This document shows positions 1-14,409 of a DNA stretch of 64,000 bases, one piece after another. The notes below the pieces were generated by a model that was given only the letters and a program-made list of their open reading frames with translations, ran no database searches and had not been told where the DNA came from. Numbering within the stretch: the first letter of the stretch is position 1; each line of letters opens with the position of its first letter. Origin of the DNA: Laetmonice hystrix. Lineage: Eukaryota. The stretch is taken from positions 51,276,001-51,340,000 of the forward strand of contig OZ249436.1 of assembly GCA_965235115.1 (NCBI GenBank). The letters run 5' to 3'. The position numbers and the translations under genes are program-made.

Positions 1-3000
1 GTTCTGTCACCGTGCTCGGCTGTGTGCGATGAGAATCTCGCAAATAGTTTATGAAAAAAAGAGTTGGAAAGAGGGCAGGCTTTGTTCGCTTCACATACAG
101 CTTTGGTGATCTCATCTCATGCAGGTCCTTCAACTTATTAAAGTGGAAGTTTAAATCCGTTTTGTCTAACATACCATAAAGTGCAGCTTTTCCCATGTAC
201 CGCTATATTTAAAGCTATTGTTCAACTCCCATGCAATCCACTCTATAAGAACCTGTTTTTGACCTACGTAACTTGTTAACAAAACTGGAAGCTGGAAGTA
301 ATAGGCAGTGCTAATTTCCAAATTTAGGATGGAGGCGCTGGAAGAAAGAGGTTTTTGTGTTTTGTTTCATGAATGTACCACTACATGCTACATGCTCACG
401 GTAGCACCCATGTTCTTGTGATAACATTACGTGAAATATTCGCCGTGCATGAGCAACATGCAAAGGGGCATGGCATTGTTTTTAACCCTGTTGAGAGAAG
501 GGGTAATACTACTACAGGTGCCTGCATGGTGAGAAAACATGCGAAGATTTCAAACTTCAGCACGTCGTTTGTGCAGAGTTGTGTATTTTTGATAGGGTGG
601 ATCGGGATCGATTTAATTCAGATAGACGGTATAGACAATAATGTGAGGATATCAACCTGCTCCTCTCGCGTCAGTTGCCAGGAATGAATTAAAATAACGG
701 TGGAATGGACCTAAAACTCTGCTTCATGTTGTCAAAGGGCGCTTTTTATCCTCAGAGGGAGAGATCTTTACGGGCCAAATAAAGCCACTTATAGCATGTC
801 GTGCTGAAAGCTGAGCATGTGAATGAATTCTATTTTCGTCCTGGTCCAGGTAACGGGGGTCCGTGAAAATGGTGCCTTGCATAATTTGGCCATGTAGGAA
901 TGGTTTTATTTTTACTTCTGCTCAGACAGAAATAAAATCCTCCAAACGAAATATCCCTGGAGTTATACCAAAAACGTTAACGAACGCCCATACCAGTACA
1001 TTTAGTCAGCAAGGTAATTGCATTATAATTTTTCTAAAGTCACCGTACAATTAAATCTCATTGAAAAAGTTTGAATTCGCGGTATTCGGGATGAAGCGAT
1101 GTGGGCGAGTAGGTGATGTTTTCTGTCTGACAGACCTCTCAAGTCGCCACGTCCCAGCGGTTTTTTGTCGGTTCCTTCAGCCCTGATAATTACATAGTTA
1201 ACGGTCCACAGTGACCAAAGTTGTTCCGCCACATTTTCTTCTCCGTTGGATTCCTCAGCCTTTTCATAGCAACACATTCCCGGCGTAATGATAGAGGCAG
1301 CCGTGAGGCGTGATACAATATCTCCGTGTTATTCCGCTAGGAGTGGTGTCATGCTTGACGAACGGAGAGCAGTAGTAGAGGATCAGCGAGAGAACTGTGT
1401 TGTTAACGTCGTTACCGACTGGTGGGTGATAAAAGACAAATTAGAAATATTTGCTGTTGTCAAATCTTTGTACACAATGTCAACAAGAGATGTGTTAATT
1501 TTGTAATTACGACCAGGCAAATATGGTTGATTTGATTAACGATCAAAAATGTGTAACTCGTAAGCGAATGTCCTTCATAAAGATATGTGTTTTCATTGCT
1601 TCAATTAAAATACATGTACAATGTAGTATGATTAAAATATGCGCATGTGTCTTGTGAAGTCATAATAAGGAGAGTCTATCTTTTAACAGTTGATGCGCAC
1701 CGCAATACAGGCCGGGGCGGATCCAGGATTTTGGAGGGGGGGGGGGTCAAGGGGGAAATATGGCAAAGTGGGTGGTTCATCAAGGTCAACTGACAAAGTT
1801 TCATGAGAAGAAAGAACAATTGGTTCCCAAGGGGGGGTGAAATCCTCTCCCCAAATTTAAATCTGTACAAGTTGGATATTTATTTGTTCATAGCAACCCT
1901 TATAGAAGTTCACGCAGTACCAGCCAGTGTAGAGATTCCCAGACTCTGCTAACATTCCGAGTGGTGAGGGTACGGGAGGTCTTCACCTGGGCAGGTGTGT
2001 GTCTGAAGGAGGCCAAGTGGTGGAGCTGACAGAGGGCAATTGTTTGTGGCACGGTGGATGTCAGTGAGGGTTTTTACCCGTGCCCCGCCATCAACATTCT
2101 CCTTGCCACTAGTTACTTCTCACCTGTAAAACAACACCTTGCTGTCATTAACCACCAACACCTGTAGACTTCCCTAGGGTCGATGAAAACCGTGGTATGT
2201 TACCTGGCGTGGGCTGACACTCAACACCCCACCCCATGTTCTCCTAAACACAGGCAGGTGTGTGTAGGTTTTCTTTGATAAATCTCACACTGGTGTACCC
2301 ATCCCCAGGTGGGAGATGTACCCGGTAGGTCTGTTTGATGCTGACGGGAATGTCTGTGAGGGAATAGCGGGTGTTGGGGTGGGGTATCACCACCTGGCAG
2401 ACGGGGTGTGGGATGCCACCTGAGAGGTACTCAGCATCCTCGTAGTGCAGCGGTGAATGACAGTTGTATCCCCGGCACATCGCAGAGGGAAATATTGTAT
2501 CCGGTTCGTGGATAATGCATTATGGCGCGTGGTATGCAGTGATCAAATGCACGAGGCGCTGCCGAGAGTATACATAACACCGTCGGGACCTCGCGCCGTC
2601 ATGCCATATTTACTTTTCATACTGCTGTGACTCGAAACAATGCGGTATATTATCACTGGAGGACAATTTTAGGGAAGCGCACTTTGTCTTGATCACTGAA
2701 TTAGCGGTCACTAATAGTGCTTTATGCTTCAATAACGCAACATGGCATAATATAATCTGTAGTGGTACCAGCTTGGGCGTATATATACAATATAAAACCT
2801 CAGTGACACACCCTATGGGAATAACGTCAGACCCCTTGAGCTTTATTACCTGCAAGTATTACCATCCGAAGTTCAGAGGTCAAACAGCTTATAATGAGGT
2901 GACCTAAGCGTCGTTTATATTTATAGGTGCGTCTGGCGTTTCTTATCGTAAATATAACCTAGAATACAAGTAGTTAACCTTTGGGTAAAGGTTGAGAACT

Positions 3001-5844
3001 AATTCTCGGCGCCTCTCCAATCTTCCTATAGATATGTTTCACCCAGTTACGTGTTGTATTTAAGGCATAAAGTAATATCAGGACAAGACATGTCATTTTT
3101 TTCTACCACATATCATTTTAATCTGTCAACGATCTCGACTAGCGAAAAGGCTCGTTAGAGAAGTGAAGATGAAGAGAAAGATGTTTTTTTCACAAAGTTG
3201 TCTTAGTACCCTGTATAATATCAGGGTATGACATCTAATTGTTGTTTTCCTATTTATTTAAGTGATAAATTTCACGAGTAAGAACTGCTAGTAACTATAG
3301 ATAAAGTGGCGCATGACAGTTCTGAGGCCGACTGAAGGCCACGTGGTCTTCACGGAAAGTCTTTGGAAAACATACAGGGCTGAAACGAAGACTATGTTCG
3401 ACCCAGACGTTCAGGTAATTAGAAAGATCATAGACTTAATTACCACATGTATTAATGATCTGCTTACAAAGGTCGTCTTTTACTTTCATTCATCGCCTTT
3501 AAAAAATAGCAGTGAAGATTTGATGTTTTCCCGACCAAATAAAAAGAGATGGGCCTAGATGTAGGAACCGAATTAAAGCAGTCAGACGGGCCGAGGTCAT
3601 CGCTGGCCGTGGGATTTTGTCACCTTACACCTGAAGGTGAAGGTCACATAGCTTTGTGACACCTTGGACCGGTACAAGTCGTGTGTCGTGACAGGAACCC
3701 GTGACGGTCAGTCGGACGACGACCGTAAATTACGGCAACTCGTCGCTGAAATGGCAGTCCAAGGACAAGTGTTATAAATAGAATATTGAGGGCAATTTTA
3801 TACTACTTGGTCACGTGAAGAAACGCGGGGGACAAGATAGATGGAAGATTAGTGCCATTTGTTTCCCTAGGCCATAATTAGAGAAGCTTAAAAATGTACA
3901 ATTGTTTGCAAAAAGAGCTTGGCTTTCAACATAAAATTTATTTTTCCTCGTCGGACTGTTTCTAACTGGTAATCCAATGAGGGGTTTTAGGGGATCGTTG
4001 TTTCGGTCAGTTTTTCAAAAAGACTCGTTTATTTGAGAAGGGGGGGGAGATGTTTGCAGGAGGAAAATCTGCAGCACTTGTTAACCGTTTTATCTTTTTT
4101 AATTGCGTGTCTGTGGCTCACTGGGTCCACGGCTGCACAGATGTAGGATTTGGTTGACTGAAAACAGGGTCAGGTCACCCAAGTCATCGACTGTAAACTG
4201 TCCTGGTCAAAACGGGCAGGCAAAGTGAGCTATGGCGAACGTCAGGAGTCAGTGACGGGCACACGTGTACGTTCATACGGTCAGAACAAATATAGCCGTG
4301 TCCCGAGAGGAGACAACAGGAGAAAAAACACATCCTTTAGTTTGGGTTCCTGTTTCGATGAGTCGAGAGACCTCGGGTCAATGGCTCCACTAGGCCCCTA
4401 GGCAAAGCAAACACGAAGGAACCATTCAAGTCTGAATGCCGACTTGATTTATATGAAATTCTCAGGGTAATAGTTTTATTCCTCGACAGTTTGCATAGTA
4501 CAGTGGACATCAGTGAAAAAGGCAGGCGTTACCGAAGTTTATAGACTACCCTACAACTTGCAATCCTATAATCTTCTGTGTAACTCCTAGTTGATTTAAT
4601 TGTGACTGTTTTTATAACTTATTTGTTAAATATCTGTTTCTGGCTATGAAGTCTTTGATAAATGATCCATGGACAACTCAAAGAAATGGACTATAAGCAG
4701 ATGTTAAGTAAAAGTAAGGCGCCCATTGTACAACATTAAGTGAGGTGGCGTGTGAACCCACGTCCGGCTTGCCCGGAGGATGTTTCCCTTCATCCGGCCG
4801 ACGGCTTGACATTTGGTGTTCACATCGGTGTTCACAGTAAAGCCTCAGGGTGTGCCCCCTCTACTGCTGTGTGTATGTCTGACCCTGCAACACTAGTACT
4901 ATTCATACATATATTTTCTTTAATATTTGTACTTTCAACGTCGAACTCAAGCCTGCATCCTCAGGATTTATAGTGCCTTACAATAGAGTTTTATTAGTTT
5001 TTCTTCAGTCTTTTTATTCGTGGGGGGGGGGAGACTGGGGGGGGGGGGGCAGTGGTTCGGTTACCTAAGCATGTTGCTGATGATCGGGGACTTCTCACCT
5101 TTGTACTCAAATCTCCTTCCTGACACTGAGTTCTCAGTCACTTGCTGCAGGTTATGTAGTATTACTCTGTACTCTGGTTTTTACTACGAGTGACTGCCTC
5201 ATTACGACCCAAGCTATTGTTGAGGCGTAAATCCCCCACTCCAATCCTTGTGTCATTTTTGCAGGCGATAGTTGTCGATTTTTTACCATCATTAATGATG
5301 TATAACCTTTGAACCAACAAAAAGACATAACCCTCCGACTAGAATTGCACTTTACAATAAATGAGGTCACCGACTCGCATGAAACGTTTGACGTACACTG
5401 AGCGAGGTTTGACATTGTATTGCTCGCATTCAATATTACCAAGTACAGATGATACAGATCGTCCCATATCACCAAGTCCTATTCCACACAGTGACAATTA
5501 AGTTCAACTGATAGCTGCCGAGCTGAATAAACCCATCTAAAAACATCACCGTTTCAGTCGGTTTGATCAGCCAAGTCTCGACGAATACAAATGCTGAAGG
5601 GGTACTCAAATACATAGGCTACATTTAAAACTACAGCCAGATCAATCACTAAAAAAATATTCGAAATTTGGTTTATCACGAGAAATTTCAGTTTGTAATG
5701 AGTTCATTCGGTGTATACCATCTAGATATAACTGAATTGTGTTGGTAAACTCCCTTATCATCATAATATATATATGCTTACTTTTTTATGCATTGTATGC
5801 GTCCTAGTTTCGTACTGACTGGTGTACTGAATACCGCCTGCCCG

Positions 5845-5915
5845 TTATTAGCCCCCAACCGGGGCTTCTAAATTACCCTCCGTCCCTCCGTGGGTGAACA
5901 GCGATATTTCAACAA
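5845..5915 (+). mobile_element. Degenerate 5' end of the Helentron/HINE family seen intact at 16392
   Basis: TTATTAGCCCCCAACCGGGGCTTCTAAATTACCCTCCGTCCCTCCGT..ACAGCGATATTTC aligns by eye with TTTTTAGCCCCCACAACGGGGGGCTTATAATTCGACCTCCGTCCGT..ACAGCGATTTCTC at 16392. Confidence 0.6.
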
Positions 5916-6358
5916 CGCATGGGGTCTTCTTTATAGTAGTTTGAAGTTTTAAATTTGGCATCAAAATCATGAGTGTTATTGAACTTTAGATGTCATTCAT
6001 GTCATGGATAAAATCGATTTCTATTTTCAAAAACGTACCTAAAGCCCTAGGTTGAAGATAATAGTACATAGGCTGAAGACAATGCAGGAATATTAAGCAG
6101 CTTAGTATGAATGGAGTATTCTGTTTCTTGTCAGCTCAGTGCTGTATACCCATCCCAGTCTACTCAACTTGTACGTAGACTGTCACTGCAAACTTCAACA
6201 TTCATCTCGTATATTTCAAGGTTGAGTGGCCAAAGAAGGATGTTTTCGTAGTGATTGATACTGGAACTAAAGACTGTCATTTATTTGATAACAAAACATC
6301 CTGAAATATCCTATTAATAGACTGGTGTTTCAATAATATTTGTTCTGTGTGCTTGCAG

Positions 6359-6523
6359 GTGGACATGCCCGTATTTTTCTACATCGACCCTGAATATGTC
6401 GAAGATCCCAAGTTACAGGATACCGACCAGATCACCCTTTCTTACACGTTCTTTGAGGCTAAAGAAGGCCTGCAGCTACCTCTACCGGGCTACGTTACGC
6501 CTCAGCCACAACCGCAAACGTAG
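6359..6523 (+). CDS. COX11: Cytochrome c oxidase copper chaperone COX11, terminal coding exon; upstream exons not found in window
   Basis: Acceptor ttgcag| then VDMPVFFYIDPEYVEDPKLQDTDQITLSYTFFEAKEGLQLPLPGYVTPQPQPQT*, matching the conserved COX11 C-terminus (VDMPVFFYIDPE...ITLSYTFFEAK). Not in the ORF track. Confidence 0.95.
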   Translation: MDMPVFFYIDPEYVEDPKLQDTDQITLSYTFFEAKEGLQLPLPGYVTPQPQPQT

Positions 6524-6674
6524 GAAAAATAGGTTGAAAACACTTGGATAGCAGCTCGTGTGACTGATATCGAAAAGGAGCGGCACTGATATATCCGTGT
6601 GTGTGGTGTGTACATGCACGATGGTAATCCCATGAATCAAATTGTATATAAACAGCTATCATATGAAAATAGTC

Positions 6675-6680
6675 AATAAA
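6675..6680 (+). terminator. Probable polyadenylation signal of COX11
   Basis: AATAAA about 150 nt after the COX11 stop codon. Confidence 0.6.
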
Positions 6681-9600
6681 CATTTACAACTCTACTTTCA
6701 AGCCTGACAGTCATGTGTTATTCTTAAGTTCTCAAAACGGGATCTAGACGTGCGAAGAATGATATAAAAGTTATATGGAGCGGTTAGAAGACTGACTTAT
6801 TATATAAACCTTTGGGTGTCGATTTCAAGCTCTGGTAGAAACACCACGTGACTTACAGCATTGCGTAATACAGGTCCTGATTTACAAAACACAGGAGGTG
6901 TTGGTTACGATAGTACTCCCACGGGGTATCACTGGGGTATTCAGGGATGAACACGCAGCAAATTACCCTGCAGAACGAGCCAAATCCTGGCTAGCTGATA
7001 TACATGTAGACCCACCTAGACCTCCCCCCGAACCATGCCAGAAGCCAGGGCAATGCCAGCACACATTTTTAGAACGTTTTATGCACCGCATTATTGTGCC
7101 CGTTTCTCATCTTTCTTGTTCTTCTCTGTCTATGTCGCTCTCGTTATAACCACAGGAGTTTGACACATTGATTGGCTGTGTTGTACCGCCCGCCCAATGT
7201 GTCAGACTCCTGTGCTATAACTGTGATATTTTTGCCTCCGATATGATAAGGCCCTATTATAAGAATTGTGAAACATTTTTTCGGCAGCGAATATTTGGAT
7301 CGGGGGACGCAGGTGGCGAGAGTCGGGTTGTTAATGCCGGGGTTGTCCCAGGAGACAGAGGAGTGTACCGAGTCCGGGTCACACGGGAGGGGGGTGGGTG
7401 TGGAGGAGGGGGGGGGGTCCTTCAGTCCCTACCTCCAGCGGAGATAGCACTATTTTGTCACTGTTTGAAGAATCAGATCGAACCCTGAATTTATTGGATC
7501 TTTCTGGAACATCCTTGCAATGACCGATTAATTTACAATCCTAGAATTTGAAGATCAGGGCTAAATCCAAGATTTTGAAAAAAGACTATAGGTTTTAAAA
7601 GAGGGGGTCCAGTGGGTCCACCTCGAAAACGGGATCAAGCAGGTGTAAGTAGAATGTTTTTTGAGAAAAGAAGGGGAATGTGGGGGTTGATCCTGTATCC
7701 GGGCATGTAGATAGCAGATGACTCTCTGATTATGATGCACAGTTAGAATGACATTCTACGAAATTATTCACATAATAACGGTTGACTTGGAGAGTGAGAC
7801 AGAAACCATTACAACGACACAAACGGCCATGGGAGTCCGCGCTGTTGAGGACGGCTCCATATTTGGTCACTCAGTCGAGCCGACTCATCACAAACGGTGG
7901 CAGCATTACTGCCATCCGAGTAGCCTTCAATAAAAACAAAACCACACACACAACTGGTCAAAAGAAATATCATCCGGCGTATTAAAGTCTCAGGCTACAT
8001 TTTTTATTTGACTTTGCGGGTCCTTAATCATTGTAGCTCTGATTATATGTCTGCATGCACCAGAGAGAAAACACGATTGTAAGCGACTCAAATTACCGAG
8101 TATAGCATATTCTTTCAATCCCAGACAGGGTGTGTTGTTAATGATGAGCTACATGGGCCGATGGACTCTCACTCGCAGTAGCGTACCCGGGGGGGGGGGG
8201 GTGCTTGGGGTGCTCAAGCACCGCCCTCAAATGCTCGCTAAGGCACGTTTGCAGTGTATGAAAGAAGACAGATGATTGGTTGTTGAAAGTTAGTTGGTGA
8301 TGACGCTGTTTGACCCATATACGAGATGAGGTGACACGATGTCCCCGGGTCAGTGACGACAGACAGCTAGAACCGGGTTACCTGATGGAGCCGATGGACT
8401 CTCACTCAGGTGGTATAATGTACTGTCAGCGAGCTGAAAGGTGAGATGGTTTTGACCGACTGTCAGACAGCTATTGGACTGCCCTATGTTTTTTTCTGCC
8501 CTCTTCGCGAGACAATAGTTAGGAGACGCCATACTCTGATTTCAGATACAGATTTGACCTTTAGCTCGATTGGAGTTGATAGCTGGACTCTAACTGTATA
8601 GTGTGGGCCGCAGTTTGTGCCCACTTTATAGAGCCGTTATTGCAAATGGGAGAGAGAGGACCAAGCATGATGGTCCTTTATCTACTGGCGACATAATGAT
8701 TAATAGTAATAACCTGTTCCACCACAAGGCACATAAATGCACGCCATTCTCTGACCCCTATATGTAACGAGGAACATACTAGATTGAATCGTATACTCTC
8801 TCGACCCATTCAGCTCCTGTCTGGCGGTTATCACAGTTAAGTAACTGAGATAATGGTGGATTTCTGCGTACGCGTCCGCGATGGCGGAAACCAATGCATA
8901 CATGTATGTTTGCATAGACTATGTGAATGACTATAGGGGTCTACATAATATACACACCCGCTCGGTGACTGTATGCCGGTTAACATGACTCATGGCTCCC
9001 CCACACACACACACACACACAGAAGGCGCAGACGGAGGTAAAAAAGAACAGGTGCATGTACAGATCATGTATAGCGAAACGACTCATGAACAGTCCTGCA
9101 AATGTAAACTTCCGGGATAATGTAAATAAATTTAGACGAGAATGGTGGCAGCTGTCCCTGTGTGCCGAAGAAATCATATTGTTCTTTCCCCAATTCTAGT
9201 GAAATCAATTCGGTGGCGTATATACTTTTGTAGACGAACATGTTTTTTTCTGTCAAAACGCTGTTTCCATCATCATCCCTGCCTGGTCTTCTTTGAAGAT
9301 AATTAGGCATATTTTGATTTTTTAAAATTATTTTTTAAGTTAAAAAATGCGCAATGACAATCAAATAATGACGCCCTGTGAGAGCTTATAAGAACTTGAC
9401 TTTGCTCTTTCTTGTGAAGATCCAATGCATAGCTTCCATTATAATAGGTCTACTACATATGTTGCGTCTTGTAGATAACTAAATGTTCTATATCTATTTA
9501 CTCTTTCACATGGTATGCCTTGGGTGTAGATGGAGTGGCATACCCACGCGCAGGGGTTGTGCCGACAACATGACGTGGCTAAAATCTCCCCTCTGAACTC

Positions 9601-12600
9601 TGCGTTCCGAACACGCATTTATCTCCTAACAAACCAACGCTTCGGCTTTTTCCACGTCGGATACAGTTCTTGCGATAGGTGTGAGCAACAAAACAGACGG
9701 ACAAGCCAGATAGGATTTCCCAGAGACACTAACGCCCTCTGGTTTCTGTTTCCTCCGGTATATATGTCCCCGCCCTATCAATAAGTCACGAAGGTGTTCG
9801 TCCTGGAGTTAGTGCCGACCGTAGATAACTGAAACCTCCTAGAACCCTGACCCCCAGCTGGCCGCCAACCACGCCCCCTGGCGACCGGTCCTGGCTATAC
9901 TATGAGAACGTGATGGTCACCCAGCGCTTGGTCATCTGAGAACCGCACGCTTCCGGTCCCCAGAGTACACGAAAAGACGCAACGTCACGCGTGACGCGTC
10001 CACCAAACGACACACCAGAGAGATCGCCACTGGCTGAAGTCGTTGGACTATGACATGTTTCCTTTTGTTGGCGTCAGTGGAAAAATTCTGCTCAGACAGT
10101 CACACAGAAAAGCCCTTTCAGCAATAAAACAGGGGGTTGTCGTTCCGTTTGAGGTAAAGTGACTTTCATTGTAAAACCATAATTCTCTTAGCTCCATGAT
10201 TCTCCAGCCGGGATTGGAACTAGTTTAACCCTGTCACGAATGAGCATGAGAGCTGTTCTATTTGAGGTCAATGCCTTCAAAAGATGGGGTGAGTAATAGG
10301 TCTAGCTTTTGTTTGTCGTCATTCGAAACCCTCAAATTGAATATTGCAGATAGTATTGGCCTAATTAATCAAAACTGAAAGACAGATCATTATTTACGCC
10401 ACCGTTCCAAGGAAATTGCATTTTTTGAACAATCCTTTCAGATTTTATTATGAATGGAACGCAAGCCCGTTATCGGTTTTGGTGGCTCCCAGTGAAGGCA
10501 GCATAGGTCTAATATTCGTAAGGATGAAACGCAATACGGGTGCCCATTTTATATTACTGTGATTTTACAATGTGTGCAAGTTATCTTCTGATCTACTCAG
10601 TCATGCACAATACTGATAATTTCCAAAATATAACACAGTAGGCCTTAATGTTAAACTATTGGCAATCACGACAACCATCATTATAAGAACCGTCACAAAC
10701 CGCCATGCATGGTTTTCCTAAGGAAAACAGCGAAACTGTTATTAACCTTGAATATTTTATACAGTTTGCAAAAGAGTGAAGTCTTGGTATGTGACTGAGT
10801 CCGGGGTGTAGCCTGCCGTGAGGCATCCATTAAACCCTCCTCAGAATGTGTGTAATGCCTACATGTACATTAACCCCTGTCAGATAGCTCGTCTGTGAAG
10901 CTTTCATGGGCACGGTAAGCCCCATGACCTACGATACAGTGTAAATGTGCGCAAATGGCTGCGCTCTATCAAAGTACTCGTGATAAGCCGGGTTTTTTCA
11001 TCTGACGCCCTCCGATATATCCGCGTGGGATCAACTGGCTGACCGTTCCGTGGGTTGACACTCACCGATAAGTAACCCGTCTGAGGCGAGGAGGCCACCT
11101 CCATTTGCCAAGGTTTTATCCTAACGACAGAACCGACTGAGGTTGGGGCACCGCAGAGAGAAACATAGTAGTATATAGAAACTGGGCGTTGACTGCAGAA
11201 CGTGTGAACCTATGGTATACGCTGACTGATTCTCTATTCGGTCAAACCCAAATTTAGGAAGAGTCTTTATTCTGTCAAATAATTATGTTTTGCATTGAAT
11301 CACTAATATGGGCTCTGGTTTAACACTAAACTGTGAAACTAACGGCTCACTCCCATATTCCCAAGACCATTTAAAAGCCTACTAAATGATGCAATCAGCA
11401 GCAGATCCCTCACTATTGATTGCGACTTTCGTTCTTTTGTTCTGTCCTTTATTGTTGTCTTCTGATGAGTTTTCCAAACTATGCTTTGATTACAACATTC
11501 AGACGTGGCATGCAAGCCTGTAGTAACAATCACATATTTGAATTATAGAGAATTGGCAGTGCTTTCACAACATCCCATGCTCAGGACTGGCCTATGAATT
11601 ATAGCACCCGCATGCTGTCAATGCGACAGAACAAAGACATACCCCCAGTGCAATATGTAAGTAGCTGTATGCGAGGATTCTCAATGGTTGTGTTTGGTAA
11701 CCCATGCAGGAAACAAGACTATCAGTTTCTACATTCATATTTATTTATTACACCCGTATACATGATTATATGACAAGAAATACTTGAAAGAATAATTGCT
11801 GTAGGAATCGGAAGTGACAATGCCTATAGTCATACATCACTAGACAGGCATGTATTTCCAAACGCGAGAACGGGTAGACATAATAAATGTATTCCGCTGC
11901 GACTGCCGCTTAATGCCACTCATTACGGAGACAAGATGTTTTTCCATAACATGAGGCGTAAAACACCTTAACCCTTTCCTTTCCATATGAGCAACCCGAT
12001 AATCCTAAGTCCCTTAATGTCCCAAATTACCGTGCCAGACTATGTACCCTGCACGACAAAGCAGCCTGTAGGGAAGTGTTAGATGAGTTGTCATCACACT
12101 AACATTATCCGTGAATTTAACATAAATATAGGTTTCAATGTCACTCTCCGCCGAAAATCTCTTTTCATGTTTACCGTTATGACCCACATGGCTGTCAATA
12201 ATTATGCTACATCTGACATTTCGCCAAGGCCGGTGGCGTGTCTGGTGTCGTATTGCGTCCTGCTTGCCGGGAGGTACCGGGGAGAGACTGCCGGTGCAGA
12301 CGTGAGGGAGGGAGGCTCGGGAGCATGCAGCAGACATAAGGTGGTTGGTGCTGTATAATATTATTCCACCCGGCGCCACATGGGGTTGAGCGGGAAGGAG
12401 GAGGGGGAGGGGGTTGCATCAGGTGCTCTCACCGTCCGTTATTCTGCCCATAATACCCTCATTGAAGATGTCTCCCGACCCCGCCTGAAATAGGCGTCTA
12501 CATCTGTGTCCTGAATACGGCCCTTCACAGCCTAAAGAGATTAAGGCCAATGATCGCGTCAAAGGAACTGGCTCAGTGCACGGCGGTGTAACCGTGCTCT

Positions 12601-14409
12601 AGATGATGCAGCCACTCCACAGCTCTCGCCGACAGCCATGGCCATTGCCTGCTCGCAATGTTCCTCTCAACTGCCTCAGCTGTGTCTGACTTGACGCTGC
12701 GCTCTCCGCCGGCGGTCCTGTCACGCCAGACAGAGAGCAACATGTTTGCCTTACTTAACATTATCATGTATACGGATGGCAGAGGGGCATTATTCCTCCT
12801 GCCCGCATTTTTACCCCGCTTTTCGTCCCTTAAGGGGTTAAAATCTTATTAGCATTAGTTTTGGAGCCTATATAATGACCTTTCGCTTTTTATACTGCAT
12901 ACATTTCCGTTGCTCAGTATAATCTGTATATGATATAGCCTACTTTTGTATTTGGGTCATTGTAGCAGCCAAGGTACTCATGAATACTATTTGTAATGAA
13001 ATGGTAATGAATTATGCACATTATACGGCTCACTCGTTACGATAACGAAGGAGACAACCCCTCCCTCCTTCTACTGCTGTGTCCATCAGTGTGCTTCCAT
13101 CATAGTTTAATCAGTACAGGTCGTATATTCAGCCATGGGATGAGGTTTATGGTTGTGTTTTCTGTGATAGATGCTCGCAGCATCCAATCAGCCAGCACCG
13201 TGTATACACGCTTTGTTGTTAAATAGAACGGAGTCAATACGGCCCTCGGGGAAGTGACCTGAACCGTCTGACCCCGAGGGGGTCATTTCCGGATGGTTTG
13301 GAGCAAGGGGCTGTACTCTGGAGAGTTTATTGGATTAGGGATGTGCACTCCCAGACAAATGGATGCAATGTGTCAGACATGGTTTCACGGAAAGTGTCTG
13401 GGTATCCACAGCTAGACCTCAGATATGCTTAGACTACGTGTATCGGTTACAAATACATTGAAGGCATCTTATTCTTACTGTTTAACGTTTACGTGTAATT
13501 TGATACAGCTCTTACACCGGTAAGATATAGACAATCCCAAGAAGGTGAAGGGGTATCTACTGGGGGGGGGGGGGGGGCGGGCGGTGGGTGCGCGCAAAAG
13601 CGCTTAATGCATACGGTACTTTTCCTTCTGTGGAGAACCAGGGCTCGGAGGTTACTGATAGTAGGAATCCACAACGGAATCAAACAATAGTGAAACTAAT
13701 CAGGCCAGGATGAAGATCAAATCATATCATTTTAAGGGGCGGAAAACAATGTAAGCCATACGTTCTCGAGTACAGTTCTCTAGTCTAGGAAATACCTCCC
13801 TCTGCTTCAGTCTTGTGAGATGCTGTCAAACGGGGGTAACATTCAATCAAAGGGAAGGGGCCTGCCACATGAGTCACTACAAATCAATTCCTGGAGGTTC
13901 TTACTCTAATGTGAAGAACAATAATCAAAGGAAGCTAAGGCCGCCTCGATCTGAACCATTTTTCCATTGTCTCTTCGTTCCTAGCAATACGGGATTAAAT
14001 CGGAGTTATTTTACTAGAAGCGTACATTCCTTGCGTTCGCGCACTCTAATAGAGTCTATATGAGTTAAGCCGGGGACACACAGGGGCGTGCGTGCGTGCG
14101 TGCGTCAAGAGGCGTGCGTCAAAATGGGCGACGCGCCTCGAAACGCGCCTGTCTGGGCCAGTCACGCGCGCGAAAAAGTAGACGCGTGCGTCAGAAATGG
14201 CTGACGCCTGCGTGATTAGCGACCCACACAGGACGCGTGAATCACGAGGCGTGCATAAAAATGGCCGACGCGTCTCGAACGCGCCTCGAAACGCGCCTGT
14301 CTGGGCCAGTCACGCGCGTGAAAAGTCAACGCGCGCGTCAAAAACGGCTGACGCCTACGTCTAGCGTCGATATCAAAACAGTTTGATATTTCGCCTGCCG
14401 CATGCGTAA

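Noticed and set aside
1900..2480. GC-rich segment with 78-aa minus-strand ORF
   Set aside because: No recognisable protein similarity or consistent splice structure
1..6358. Upstream COX11 exons (CFCF copper-binding motif)
   Set aside because: Not found by eye; probably outside the window, though a missed exon cannot be excluded
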